DNA from: Spizellomyces punctatus DAOM BR117
Lineage: Eukaryota
Assembly (NCBI GenBank): GCA_000182565.2
Contig: KQ257455.1
Strand: one strand, 5' to 3'
Length of the DNA: 64,000 nt
The notes beneath the pieces are model-generated. The model was not told the DNA's origin. It ran no database searches and saw only the letters and a program-made list of their open reading frames with translations. Made by a program: the position numbers and the translations under genes. The first letter of the stretch is position 1, and every line of letters begins with the position of its first letter. Shown here one piece after another: positions 16,326 to 29,200 of this stretch.

Positions 16326-17444
16326 ATGCCACCTCCGCCAATAGAGAACCTAAGGAGGTATACGCCTCCCCCAGACAACTTTGGACGGTAAGTTATCATC
16401 TATGAAAGATGTTATGGATACGGTGGTTTGACACAGGTGTCTCAAAAGGGAAAGGAGGGCAGCGGTTCTGGTTCCTCTCATAATAGAGCCAAGCAGCGAC
16501 GAAATCCAAGTGCTTCTGACTTTGAGGTCCAAAAATTTGAGAAAGCACGGGGGTGAAGTTGCGCTGCCTGGTGGTGAGGGGTGCCTTAGTTGTCCAAGTG
16601 AGCGGCGATACGAACCCGGGCTTACTTGGCCGTACAGGTAGACATGAGACGGATGACGTAGATTTGCTCGCCACTGCCTTACGCGAAGCCGAAGAAGAAA
16701 TTGGTCTTTCACAGGACAGTGTCCAGGTACGTCATGGGCAGTCGCGACTCGTCCTTGACAGCCGCATTATCGCAGCAAGTGGCGGTGGATGTTTCAGCGA
16801 TTATTTTGGAGGCCTGACGTTGTTGTGCGTAGTGCGTCACAGTGCTCCCGCCTTTCCTCTCGCGATTCCATTTACTGGTCACGCCGGTTGTAGGTGAGAA
16901 TCGCTACCTGTACGGGCCGAGAAAGACGGCCAAACATTGATGGTTTCGATGTGCACATATTTTAACTTGCGCAGGGATGGTACCGTCTGATTTTGTCCCC
17001 CGTCCAAATCCTGAAGAAGTGGCTGCATGTTTCAAAGTACCACTGCGACGATTTTTGAAAGATCAGGCGCACCGATATCTTGATGTTCCCTGGGAGGCAT
17101 GTTCCAGATTTTGCGGCGCAGTAGCGGTTACGGGTCTCATCCCAACTCAATTTAATTATAGGGTGGAATATGGCGAAAACACGCTTTCTGGTGGACAGAC
17201 TCCGTCGGCGATGAGTACAAGATGTGCGTTGCTTTCCCACAGTTGTTGGTAGCATGTTAGGCGTCTGACATGGACTTTTCAAAGTTTTGGATTGACAGCC
17301 GATATAATGATTCAAGTAGCGGTGTTGGCTTACGATGCCAAGCCTGAATTCCAAGTGGATGCCCCAGGTCAAGCAGAAGCTGAGGAGATAATCAAAGCAC
17401 TTGACGCAAAAGGAAAATTCGGTCCGCCGATGGCTAGAATATGA
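16326..17444 (+). CDS. PCD1: Nudix CoA pyrophosphatase (PCD1/NUDT7 family)
   Basis: RAAVLVPL, VLLTLRSKNLRKHGGEVALPG (CoA-diphosphatase motif), Nudix box TALREAEEEIGL, PNPEEVAACFKVPL, IFGLTADI; C-terminus ARI*. Confidence 0.9.
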
Positions 17445-17500
17445 CCTGAATTCTGGATATCACTCATGTATAGGCGGATACACACAGAGTCACGGCTACT

Positions 17501-19358
17501 TTAGAGAGACTTTTCTTTTAAGATATTATCATCTTCATCCTTTAATGCGTTCTGGCCTGCACGTATCTGTGGGAAGCCATTACTGGCAGTGAGAGCTAGA
17601 CCCACCAGCAATGCTAGGTGGCATCCCAACATCAATCCTGATGACAGACTAGTAGATGGGTACTTATTCCAAGCGTACTCTAAAGTCGCTAAAATCAATA
17701 CACTTAAATATAAGTTCTGATCAGTATAATTTCGAAACAGATAATTTTGTGAGAGTCCAATAGCCTTACCGCCCCAGGATAGCTGGCAGCCCGTTAACCC
17801 CTAGTGATGCACGGCCCCTCACTCGCCAGACGAGATACGGCAAACCATGGGCATACCAAGACCAAAATTGGTAATGCAGCGATCGTGCGCATGTAACCCC
17901 TATCAGGTTGGAGGTGAACATGATGAACATGATATCTACGATAGAAACATAGAGAAGTTCGTCACAGCAAGCAGAACCATAAGCACACAAACGGAAAGGC
18001 ATACGATCAGCCGACATCTTCTCGTGAACGCGGCCGGGGCGATTGAATCCGCTCCGCAACACGTTCAGAAGTCCTCCATATGGTTTACACCATTTGACAA
18101 TGAAGAGCGCAAGCCACAAAACATGTGCGGCGAGCAACCCATTCGCGAAGCTCTTGCTCAGAAATGCTGATTCGTCCATGAAGCGCCAGTTTACGGTCCA
18201 GTTGTACAGGAAGACTCGACCAAAATCGAAGGCACGAATAAGGTATGATGAAGGGTGATGGATCAGGAAAGGCACAGCCAATATTACCTGAGAAGGTGGG
18301 TTAGTACCGAACAATCCCTGGAGCGTTTTTCGTCGATAAAACCACGTACTTGCACAAGGAGAGCAAGGAATGCATTTACCACCGACTGTTGAAAACCAAC
18401 AGCTTGAAAGGTCAACAAAGCAAAACCAGGCGCAAAAAGAAGGATGTTCATTTTAATAGATAAGGCGAGACTGGTTGCGAATTTAGCGTTAGGCACATTA
18501 GAATATTAAGGGTCACACGTGGAAGTACCTGTAGAGCACAGCGGCCAACTGCCACCTGCTTTTCACCATGGCCAGCATACAAAGATAGAGAGGGAACATG
18601 GCGACGGGATCGTTGAAAAGCCGGAGAACATATATTGAATGAAGTCGCTTTGAAAACGCCAATAGCGGTAGAATATATGGAGGCATCTAAAAAATGTGGA
18701 ACATCACGGATTACACACAGTTCACCAAACGAAAAGGCTTGTAGACTGCTGACCAGAGTGGACTGGCGGTAAAGCACTAGGACAGCTGTAAGGGTCAACA
18801 AGTAGAGCCCTGCAAAGTAGTACTGAGCCAAACGTATGTCGAATCCCTGGGAAGTCAAATGGTATAGCCCAGAATACACATAAACAAAACCGGCTGGATA
18901 GCTGTGGAGTGAAAAGATAAAGCTGAAATCAAAGGATGATTAAATAATCTCCCAGGTTTGTGTGGAACCTACACCAATGGCCCAGTGTCGCCCTTAAGCT
19001 TGGTGTAATCCCGTTCGCCAGCAAGATACCCTTCCACTTCTTGCATATAGGCTTTCCAGTCGATCTCTGTATCTACTCGCGGATCACGTAAACCTATTGT
19101 TCCACTAAACAGGAAACAGCACAACATACATGGAACTTTCTTGATTATTATTCCAGTCGCGAGGCACTCGAAGGCGAGGACGCTGACTGCCATCACCCAA
19201 TAGTACCTGCGATCGAAAAGCACATTTCTCAAAAGTGTCCCTAGTGAGGCGAGACGTGTAGGAGCTCCAGAATGTGGGTGCGCAGCTTTGACGGGCACGT
19301 CCTCCCAGGTTGCCGTATTCTTGGACGTCGTTCCATCTAGGCGTTTGGAAGATGCCAT
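17501..19358 (-). CDS. ALG3: Dol-P-Man:Man5GlcNAc2-PP-Dol alpha-1,3-mannosyltransferase
   Basis: [76 protein letters not shown]; KxKxx ER-retrieval tail KEKSL*. Confidence 0.96.
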
Positions 19359-19852
19359 GGCTCCACACCCCAGAGCAGATCACAGATAGTGGTCGGCAAG
19401 AGTTGGCAAAGCCGGCGTAAGCGGTGATCACATAAACACGTGACAAAAGCCATTGCTGGTTGATCTCTGGCAGATCTGGCATAAAGGATGGCCACAGATG
19501 AGTTTATAGTAGATAGTGGCATTGAATAGCCCATCAAGACAGATATGCCATCATTGGTTATCTTGGAACGTAAATATTTGTTTATTTAGGGTGAAATTCA
19601 AACATCGATATGCGTGAACATGAATACGTTGCAAACAGTCTTCATCCACAAGTACTTACCTTGAACGTTCTCGCTCAAAACCAGTTCTCCTGTGAACATG
19701 TGCGAAAACGTGCAGAGGTTTTGCTTCTTCAGCAGTCTGCCCAAGTCTCGATTTGACAAACACGCCTTGAGTAAGCGATTACGCGCTCGTGGCGATCTCT
19801 GGCTTGGAGCGATCAGTCCAGTGTGATTACCCGGTAATAGTCCATAAGAACG

Positions 19853-21314
19853 ATGCGAATAACTCCAGACACTCTCGAAATTGGATCCACTCAAAAGCGG
19901 AATAAAAACGAAACTCTGGAGACTTTCCTGAAGCGAATCACCCATGTTTCGCTCGTCGGGAAGGCCATCGTGTTGATGGTATGGTCGCCCGTTTGGAATG
20001 CACGTCCATTTTAATAAAATATGTGCATTCACCATCACCAACAGGAAAATCTGAATTTTTGCAAGAATCTGAATGGTGCGTAACAAAGATGTCTGTGAAG
20101 TAAAAAGCTCATTGCTCACCGATCTAAACCTAATAGTCCTATACCTGTACGATAACAAGATCACCTACATTACAGGCCTTGAATGCTGTCGGAACCTTAC
20201 GCGACTCTATCTACAGAACAATGCCATTGAGGAAATAACAGGCTTGGATGTCGGGCTAGACCGGTTAAACGTTCTGTATGTCTGTCATCGCGAGTCGCGC
20301 GAAGGCAGTGCGATTTCTCAATTTCCTACTCATTGGTCAAGTATAGACATCTCCACAACAATCGCATTCGTCGTATTACAGGCCTGCACCTTCTTCCCTC
20401 CTTGGAGCACCTCAAGTTAGACAATCAGCGGTTGGATCCTGGCGAGCAACTTGAATTTGACGGCGAATGCTTGCTGGCGCTGGCAGTAAGTTGCGAAGAA
20501 GGCAAGACGAATAAACAGTACGATAATAATGAGAATTCGAAAATTGTAGTCGTCCCTGAGATACCTCACACTCACCAACAACCATATCAAAGACATCTCA
20601 CCGCTCGAGAAATTGAAAAGCTTAGAGTCCCTGGATTTGGCAGTAAATAGCATTCAAGATGTGGAGGTAAAAGCCGCCGCATCTATTTGGAGCTGTGTTT
20701 TCTGACTGAGGCATCCTTTTGCGCTGTAGCCATTGGAATCTTTGCTTAGCGCCTGCTCGTATCTTTCGAATGTGAACGTGTTGGGAAACCCAGTTGCTAA
20801 TGCCGGACCTCCAGTGAAACTTCGACAGCGATTAATCTTGGCAAGTCCAACACTAAGTAAGCTCGATTCCTTCCACATCTACCACCATGTTTGAAGGGTG
20901 TCTTACAACCGTCGTCTTACAGCATGCTTGAATGAGAAGGATATACCTCAAGTGGAGCGGATGTTTGTTGAAAACATGCGACATGCACAGCGGAGTCGCC
21001 GATCAGCAAAAGACCACAACCACACCAGAGACCAAACAACATCCCTTGGAGTATCAGGGACGGCAGGAGTCGCGACTCCCGCCTGCCAGGAAGAAAAGCC
21101 ATTCCCCCATTTGCCTCCATTTGCATCGCAATACAGGTACACTATATTAGGAGGTGCATGATTTTATTGCATGTTATTAAATTACATCCGAAGGGACCTC
21201 ATGCTGTCTCAACTGACAAAGAACACTGCAACGGAAAGAAGACTTTCCGACAGCAATCTGCACATATCACCACGAAAGGTGGCTAGTGCCGCTGAGGCAC
21301 TACACCGAGATTAA
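19853..21314 (+). CDS. PPP1R42: Leucine-rich-repeat protein phosphatase 1 regulatory subunit 42 (TLRR/LRRC67) homolog
   Basis: MRITPDTL..KRNKNETLETFLKRITHV, ENLNFCKNLNVLYLYDNKI, LTRLYLQNNAI, family-specific NQRLDPGEQLEFD, RQRLILASPTL, DIPQVERMF. Confidence 0.88.
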
Positions 21315-21479
21315 GTGGGGATAATGTATCTACTTGATTTTACCATGCACAATACCATGCACAATGGCGGTATTGGAAATGAGGACAGCATTGATAAATA
21401 CAAAGACGCCTGCATCACGCAATCCACAGGGGTACAGGACCACCTGATGGTGGGTCATTTATTTATGAGACCAATTAAA

Positions 21480-23406
21480 TCAATGCTTGCGATTGTCAAT
21501 CCACATGTTAATCATTTCCGATGATACCTCGGGTTGATCATACGGCACCTATAAACATGGTTTAACTATTATTCCCTCATCTAAACAAATATCCATCATC
21601 TTGACTTACCATGTGCCCGGCTTCATAGATCCTCAAGAATGTCAAAGCGCCGTAAGTCCTAAACTCACCGGCTTGTTTGCCAGTGGACTTGGCGATCCAC
21701 GGCAAATCCTTTGCCTTTTGGAAACCTGCCGATCCGTCCCATTCCAACTCAATAGACCACGCCTTGTTCCCGATCCAATTGCAGATGAAGTCACTGTCAC
21801 CAGCGTAGATGAGGACACGAATGCCCTTCGCGAGCAAAGGCGGCAAGTCCCGCACGAAAGGACGCATCCAGTCGCCTGCCATCATGAACTTCATGTTGAT
21901 ATCCTGCTTGCAACCTTCATACTGGCGATCCACGCCCAAAGCATCTTGGACATCAGGACGATTGAGATAAGTTTCAATATCCGTCAGAATCGAGTAACAC
22001 AGAGGATTGGATGGGTCGCACTTCTTGCGAATGTCGTAAATATTCAGCCCAGTCTTCTGGAAAGGCTGAATCATGGCATTATTACAGTAAATGGCACCGG
22101 GACTGTAAGGGTAAAATTACTTTATAATCCATGATTGAATAGACAGCGCCATCAATACATACACGCAAGTGAAAGCTGTGTTCCACTTGTAGCAGGATTC
22201 AATAAGGCGTTTACAGGTAGGGTACTTGCTTCGCATCTCCTCGATATCCCTGTCATCCAAGATGGGGCCATCTGTCGAACGATGAGACGATGTGCAGGGT
22301 TCATTTCCACCCTACGAAAACATACTACCAGGTCGTAACATACTACTTACATTTTTCGTCGGCAGCCATATCAGCGTAATACTCGTACTGAACCAATGGC
22401 TGGTAGATAATTTAGCCAGAAGGTTAGACGTCTCAAAGCAATCAAGCCTTTTCCGGTGGAAGTAAACTGATGAACGCAACCTACATCTGTCAATCCATTT
22501 CCAATAGCCAGTCCCTTCAAGTTCACTTCCACTTTCTCACTATTTTTGAGCAGGCGATTGCGCTTGAGAGCATCGTTTTCCTCGGCAATTTTGTGTCCAA
22601 TGGCGGGAACATAGTGACCAGCATACGACTCTCCGGTCACATGGAAGTCCAGGTTAGCGTATTGCTTGTATGTGGTCAAGAAGAGCTGCAGAAACGCATA
22701 AACATCCTCGGCAGCATCTACAGTGTTGCTGACTTGCTCCCCATCGGTATAACTGAACCCCACGTTTATCGGTTGGTCCAAAAAGACAAGATTGGCTTCA
22801 TTGTTCCATGAATCAGGGTTTAGAGTCGTGCCGTTGCCTCCAGGATTGACACGGCATGGACCAAGCTCCATGAGCAGCCCAGTGAGCGATGAGCAGCCAG
22901 GACCGCCGTTCAGCCATAGGACAAGCGGGTCCTTTTCTGGGTTGCGACGGGATTCAAAGAACCAAAAGAAGAACTAGAAACAAACCAAGCAGTTCGTCAA
23001 ATTGTCAGCAAGTCATCTATGAGTATTCCAACGTACATGCTTATCGTCGCTCTTTCCGGTTACATCAACATAACCAACATACTAGAAACATAAGGTTTTT
23101 CAATTAGTCAAGCCAATACGAGAGGTAAAGGCGTTGCACCTGGAGATAACATACCTGCTTTACATTGGGATCACATAGCTTAGTTTCCTCCTTCACGCGA
23201 AGGCGGTAGTTTGGGAACTCTGCAAGAGTATGCACATTCCAAGCTTGGACTTTGTCATCGGACAGAGTTTTTGTGCTAGCTGCAGGAACTGTCAACTGAG
23301 CGTTAGAAGCAAACTGGTTATGAACCAGCTTCTTCCAAGTGCCAGGCATGGACGCCGCCGAGGCAAGCGTCGCAGTCGCCAGGGTAAATAGTGCGGCTAG
23401 ACGCAT
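21480..23406 (-). CDS. PRC1: Serine carboxypeptidase S10 (carboxypeptidase Y type) with signal peptide
   Basis: Signal [39 protein letters not shown], catalytic [34 protein letters not shown]. Confidence 0.95.
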
Positions 23407-24049
23407 TCTTTTGTGGTGCTCTTTGCGGTCAGTCACGAGTAGGAAGTTTGTCGGTCAGTCACAAGTAGGAACTTTGTCCAAACGGTTGAATATGATGTCG
23501 ATGAGCGGCGATGGAAAGGTGAAGCAAACAAGGGGAGGGATCATGGGCAATTTACAACACCCACGACATGATCGGACACGTCATGAGGATATCTAATGGA
23601 TACGCCAGCCACCCGCCACGGGTTTTTGCAGTTGAAAGCGTTTCCGTCCTTTTTTTACGTCTTGTTGCTAGATCATTCTTACTGGCCGAATTTTGGCCTT
23701 GGACTATGGATTGACAAGAAAGCACATTCTGTGATGCCAGCTCGTTCCTCCGACCCTGTACACTGTAAACCTCCTCCAACAAGTACTGGACTGGCCTCGT
23801 TCACTTTCAGTTTTCACCTTGTTATCAAAACAGTCTTGAGCAACGCTGGATCCTTATGGGGATGAAATTGTCAGAATGCAAAGGTCAAAGCGAGCTGGCA
23901 GGACTTGCGCAGTGGAAAATGCTGTCGATTTCCAAGTGGCGCAGATCACTATGGATTATGTCAGCAATTCCGATCTCAGAATCCAAACAATAACTGAATA
24001 ACTTGTATGTGTCAAAGTCAAGCTTGAAATGATCCCCCATGCCCAATAG

Positions 24050-25975
24050 ATGAGCGGTCGCGCCTATCCTTTCCCGTACTCTCTGGTGGTCGGCAGTCGT
24101 CAGCCACCAGAGGCTACGTTACGTCTCAGCGCTGTAGATCCGCTCACGGAACCCATTGAACCGATCATTGCTGAGACCTGTAAACCACTCCTGGAAACCG
24201 ATCTCACATCTTTCAAAAACAGTCAAAGTTACTTGGAACCTACTCAAGAGGTAGAAGGTCAACATGATGACAGCGAAAGACGTCCTGTTGTCCTGCATGA
24301 AGGCAGATCCAGTTCACCTGGATCGGAGCTAGCGGCCAACCAAGGCCATGATTTAGGCCAACTGAGTGAGGAAGCGATGAATGACACTGAGCGTACTCCA
24401 CAAAAGGAAGAGTTTCCATTCCGTCTGCCTAATCTATTGGAGGCACATCTACGAAGGCAGGCTTTACAAGAAGCGCAAAAGCAAAACCCGAGCCTACCTC
24501 ACACTCGAATATTGTATGCCAATTTTTCCCGGGTACAATATAGAAAACCCAACAAGCCGCCATCGCCAAAGCAAGACACTCCCAATGATGTTCAATCTGA
24601 GCCGATCAAGATTGTTCGGGAAGCGAAAAGGCGCAGAGTAAAGCGCGTTGCGAAGTTGGCTCCCATGCGTTTTACAGGTGGTGCCCCGAAGAAAGAAGCC
24701 GTGACTGTTCAGCCGAAGAGTGCATATCGCAGTGCAGAGTCCGAGGGTACAACTGGCAAAGTTCCAGCGAGACCATCTTCTGTACAACTGGCGCATCCCA
24801 AGTCTACCCACCAAGCAGCAGGATCTTCGACTGTCGCCGAACCTCAATCAGTTGCAGAACGCCGCCTGTCGGCCTCACCGCATGCGTTCCGCGGATTCGT
24901 AGCTAGTAACCCTACAGTCTCTAGGCGACCTTCTATCAATCCAACTGAAATCACAATGATTACACAAGGACGCCGCACATCAAATGTCTTTGGGGTGGAC
25001 AGCCAGTTTGGAACAGGTAATCAAAAACAGGAACGGTCAAGGCGAACTAGTCTGTTCAGTTCTCCTAGTAGCGCTCGACGGCGTATGTCGGTAGATAGCT
25101 TTAGCGGAGCCTTCCGGCCGAGATCTACCCGGAGAAGAAGAGGTGGTCCCTCAAATACTCCAGCTCGCGAAGAGCAGCTCCTGGAATGTGATCATATTCT
25201 GTCAGCTTTCGAGGAAAAGTATTTGTTTATTCGACGAGAAGTGGTTGAGCGCGCCATTCTGAGACCAGAAGAAATCATTCGCTTACCACCGACAATGCCA
25301 GCATATGGGGACGCCAGTGAGATAGTAGCATCCTCGGTCGCGACCCGCTCGCAGGCGGCGAATGTCGAGGATAATCGTGATGACGATATCATACAACGAC
25401 CTCCTCGCCGACGAAGTTTACTTGTTAAACCAGCTGTGGTGTTACGAGAGTCCCTCTCGGACATTGATATGTCTAGATCAAACTCTCCGAAGGTGAACTC
25501 TTGGTGGTCACGAGCAGAATTAAAATTGCTACGAGCTCGATTACGAGCATTTAAGGACGGTCATTATCAAAAACCAGCCTTCGTGAAACAAGAAGATGGT
25601 TCAGATGGTGCGCCTTTTTCGCTCTCTTTCGCCAATAGTCGATATTCGCTAGATAGAACTGGCGTAACTTTCACTCCACCTCGAGCGCCATCATCCTTGA
25701 GAGCAAGATCCGCCTTCACCCGACGTTTGCAAGCGAACGTCGGACGACCTTCCCAAGAACCGATGACACAGAATACTTATGCCGCTCGTCGTCGAACAAT
25801 ATCAGTTTTTGATGCGTATGTTTTGCCAATTGCATCGCCTCAACGACCGCGATCAGTGACAGGATCGATTCTTACGGATGGAAGAAATACACCCACAGCC
25901 GAACGTAGGAGTCCCATCTCGGAGCTTCGATCTAAAGGTCAACCGCTGTGGGGTATCACTGTCAAGTTACACTAG
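24050..25975 (+). CDS. Hypothetical 641-aa, mostly disordered Ser/Arg/Pro-rich protein
   Basis: Single 1.9-kb uninterrupted ORF; no family recognised; may have upstream exons. Confidence 0.7.
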   Translation: MSGRAYPFPYSLVVGSRQPPEATLRLSAVDPLTEPIEPIIAETCKPLLETDLTSFKNSQSYLEPTQEVEGQHDDSERRPVVLHEGRSSSPGSELAANQGHDLGQLSEEAMNDTERTPQKEEFPFRLPNLLEAHLRRQALQEAQKQNPSLPHTRILYANFSRVQYRKPNKPPSPKQDTPNDVQSEPIKIVREAKRRRVKRVAKLAPMRFTGGAPKKEAVTVQPKSAYRSAESEGTTGKVPARPSSVQLAHPKSTHQAAGSSTVAEPQSVAERRLSASPHAFRGFVASNPTVSRRPSINPTEITMITQGRRTSNVFGVDSQFGTGNQKQERSRRTSLFSSPSSARRRMSVDSFSGAFRPRSTRRRRGGPSNTPAREEQLLECDHILSAFEEKYLFIRREVVERAILRPEEIIRLPPTMPAYGDASEIVASSVATRSQAANVEDNRDDDIIQRPPRRRSLLVKPAVVLRESLSDIDMSRSNSPKVNSWWSRAELKLLRARLRAFKDGHYQKPAFVKQEDGSDGAPFSLSFANSRYSLDRTGVTFTPPRAPSSLRARSAFTRRLQANVGRPSQEPMTQNTYAARRRTISVFDAYVLPIASPQRPRSVTGSILTDGRNTPTAERRSPISELRSKGQPLWGITVKLH

Positions 25976-26244
25976 TCGGTGGACCGCACACTCCAATTTG
26001 GTAATACATTTAGAAAGGGGGAAATCGATAGTTGCTTCCAAAGGAGATCCTGCCTTAGATAGGGGCAGTCTAGTTGTGGTGTATTGGCCTACAGGCAAAA
26101 CAGTGGGTTGTCATATAGCTTCAGTAGCATGAACCGATAAAGCTGTATTTTCATGGTTTCATTCAATTCATGAGAGACTCCAATATAACCGGATACACAC
26201 TGCAGCAAGCTTTACAAATTGATCACTAAAGTGCCGCAGGACAA

Positions 26245-29200
26245 TTATTGTTTTATCCCACACTCTGCTATATGTTTTTTGAGGCTTGGAATGTTGCGGC
26301 ATTCGGTTTTGCATCGATGGCACAGCAACGGGCCTTTCAACATTGCCTCGTAAGTCGCTTCATTGTACTTGAATAAAACGTCAGTTATAAGGGCCCAGTG
26401 CAGCTGCCGACCCGCTCTAACATATGACGTAACCCTCACCCGCACTTGGCCCTTTGCGTCTAGCATAGATCGAACCGTATCGAAGTCAAGAAAAAACTGT
26501 GAGGTAAATGAGTTCCAGTGCTTCTTGTTCTTCAGCGCCGCCGAGTCGAAATCTTGGCTGATAACATGCATGTGGAGCTGCCTGTTACATTTGATCAAAG
26601 CTAGATATGTGAAAGGCTTCCTTTTGCATCCCGGTATCTGGACCACACACCTCATACTAGGAATGGCGTGAAACCCGATGCGAAATTCTAGCGAAGCATC
26701 TTTCTTACGCATCTCGTTCACGACCTCATCCGCCTTTCGTTTCATGCTATCCAAAAGAGGTAAATCTTCTCTCGATAAGACCGCAAGCCCGTCACGGGGT
26801 TGCCTCGGAAGAATTAAGAGATGCTTTTTTGCCTATCAACCAGTATGAAAATCTCGGAAGTCGAGCTGAAGATGAGATCACAGCGGTTGTCTGCACCTTG
26901 GGATACTTGTCCCGGATGACAACTAAATGATCATCGTAGGATAACACATCCTGGGGGTGCTGTTCGGGATGCAGGCAGTACGGTCTAAGAGCGTCATTCC
27001 ATCTTCCTCCAGATTTGGGCATATCGGCCACATCTGCTTCGTCACCGAGAGATACGGGAGTTCTCGGCTGTGACATTAAAACACTGACTGTATAAAAGTC
27101 TCAACAATGATCCATTAAGATCAATCATCTCAACGCACAACTGTGCACTTACATGCGTTCTTTGTGTCGGTGGTACGATCCGATGTGGTCAATCCCCTCA
27201 GATCAGCGAAGGAGTTGAAGATTGCCTTGTACACCGTCTCAAGCTTTGCAACAGCATCATCGTCATTACTAAGACAATCAGGTCTCTTTGGGTTTAAATT
27301 TGGTCCAACCACATGAATGACCTGTACGACTATCAGCACAGGCTCGGTACTTTGGAGACAGAGAAGATAACCTGTTCAACATGCTCGTCCATGAACAGAG
27401 GCGATGTACTTTCTACAGGTACGGGATACGCTTTGCCAATCTGCACGTCAATCACCAACGTACGTTAAATTGCAAGCTAATGTGCATGAAGCAAGCCGTT
27501 CAAACCTCAGCTGGTTTCGGATAGAGCTGTTTAGCTGACTGCATTAGCTCCACGCCCGCGCGTTCATGCACCGCCTTACAGCTTGCGGTTGCCGCTGCAT
27601 AAATTGATGAGAAGTTTGATCCTTTAAGTGATACTGCAGGGTTTCGCTACATACACGGTTTCCACCTCCATGATGTTTCTACAACAATTGCCCGACATGC
27701 CAGTCCTTGTGATGTGTGCATTCTAGATATGTCGCCTTGAATGACTCGAAAACGCGGTAGGTCTGCCAACCGCTATGACAGACAATTGAGTTGAGTGGCG
27801 GTAAGATTTCATGTCGCACATTGCTGAAATCTAAATGAATGGGAGGAATGTCAACCTTGTTACCTGATGAAATTGATTCAAAATGGCCTCGTTAGCGTCA
27901 ACAAGGACGCATTCAACATTGAGCCATGTGGGGAGGCTAAGAAACTCGCGAATGATTTTCGATGCACACTCTGCTGCTTTATCTACGTCAAATTGGCCTT
28001 CGGTTGTTGAAATTGATGCAACGGCAATTCTATCTAGCAAACCTCGTCAAAAGGCAGCATGTATTTGAAAGATTTCCATTACCCACCAACACCATGATCT
28101 GTGTGGTTGGAATCATCGACTCGTTTGTTATCTGGTAGTCTACTCTGCCGTACATCCCCAAGACTTTGACAGGTCTCACCAGAATCATTGGTGTTGATCG
28201 GTATCTTCTGGTCGGCATCGCCTTGGTCAGCCTCAGTGTCCTTATCCTCGACAGAGGAACGACTCAAAACCGGAGGTAGGTTTGTTACGGGGCTGGAGAT
28301 CTTGATAGGGTTTGGTATATTCGACGATACGTCCTTCTCGTTCACCCCACCATCATCTTCTTCGTCACGGTAACTAACCTTGCGTGTTGCAGACGATCTG
28401 CTCGATCGCCGAGTTTTTACATCCCCTGTTGAGGTACCGCTTTTCGTTAGCTTGGCATTCAACTGGGAGGAGTCTTTATCGAGCCAAGGATGTGCAAACT
28501 CTGCAAAATGCATAGGATTCTTGCGGTAGCATGATTGTCCATACTTGCAGACTCGCCTTGAGTCCACATCATCCAGCAGGTCGTCTGGTCCTTCCATTTC
28601 GTCCTCGTCTTCGTCTTCTTCATATTCAACGTCCTCATCAGAGACGACGAAATCGGGATCATCCGGATCGTAATAGTCGTCCTGATCTTGATCGATGGAT
28701 CTACGCCTCCTGTTACGCAGTGTCGCTTTCACATCCTGTACTTTTGTAGAGGATCGTCCGTGCACACGCCTTTTCGAAACTCGTTCATCATCATCATCCG
28801 TCGTTCCCGGTGGCCGCTTCTTTCCAGCGATGGCCGATGGTTGCCCGTCCAAGAGTTTAACTTCGATCTGGTAGTAATGCTCCCCTTGTAGCTGTCATGC
28901 ATCGTTTAATGAGTCTGAGTACCACAGCTAAACGCATCCGACGAACTGGGCAAAGTAAACACACTAAGAAAAAACCGTCGCCGCTTCGGAGTTCAAATTC
29001 ATTGTCTTTCCCGACAGCTTCTTCAGCAGCCCCGTCAATCCGCACAAATGAGTCATTGGGACCTAGCTGTCGTATAGTGATTGAGCCAGTCTCGTTATTG
29101 TATTTCAATTGTACTGTAAACTCTGTGGTTAGAAAAGAACTGTTTCACGGCCAAGTGTGCATTGCTGTCGCACCCTGCTGTCTGCTGCATCGTTTGGTTT

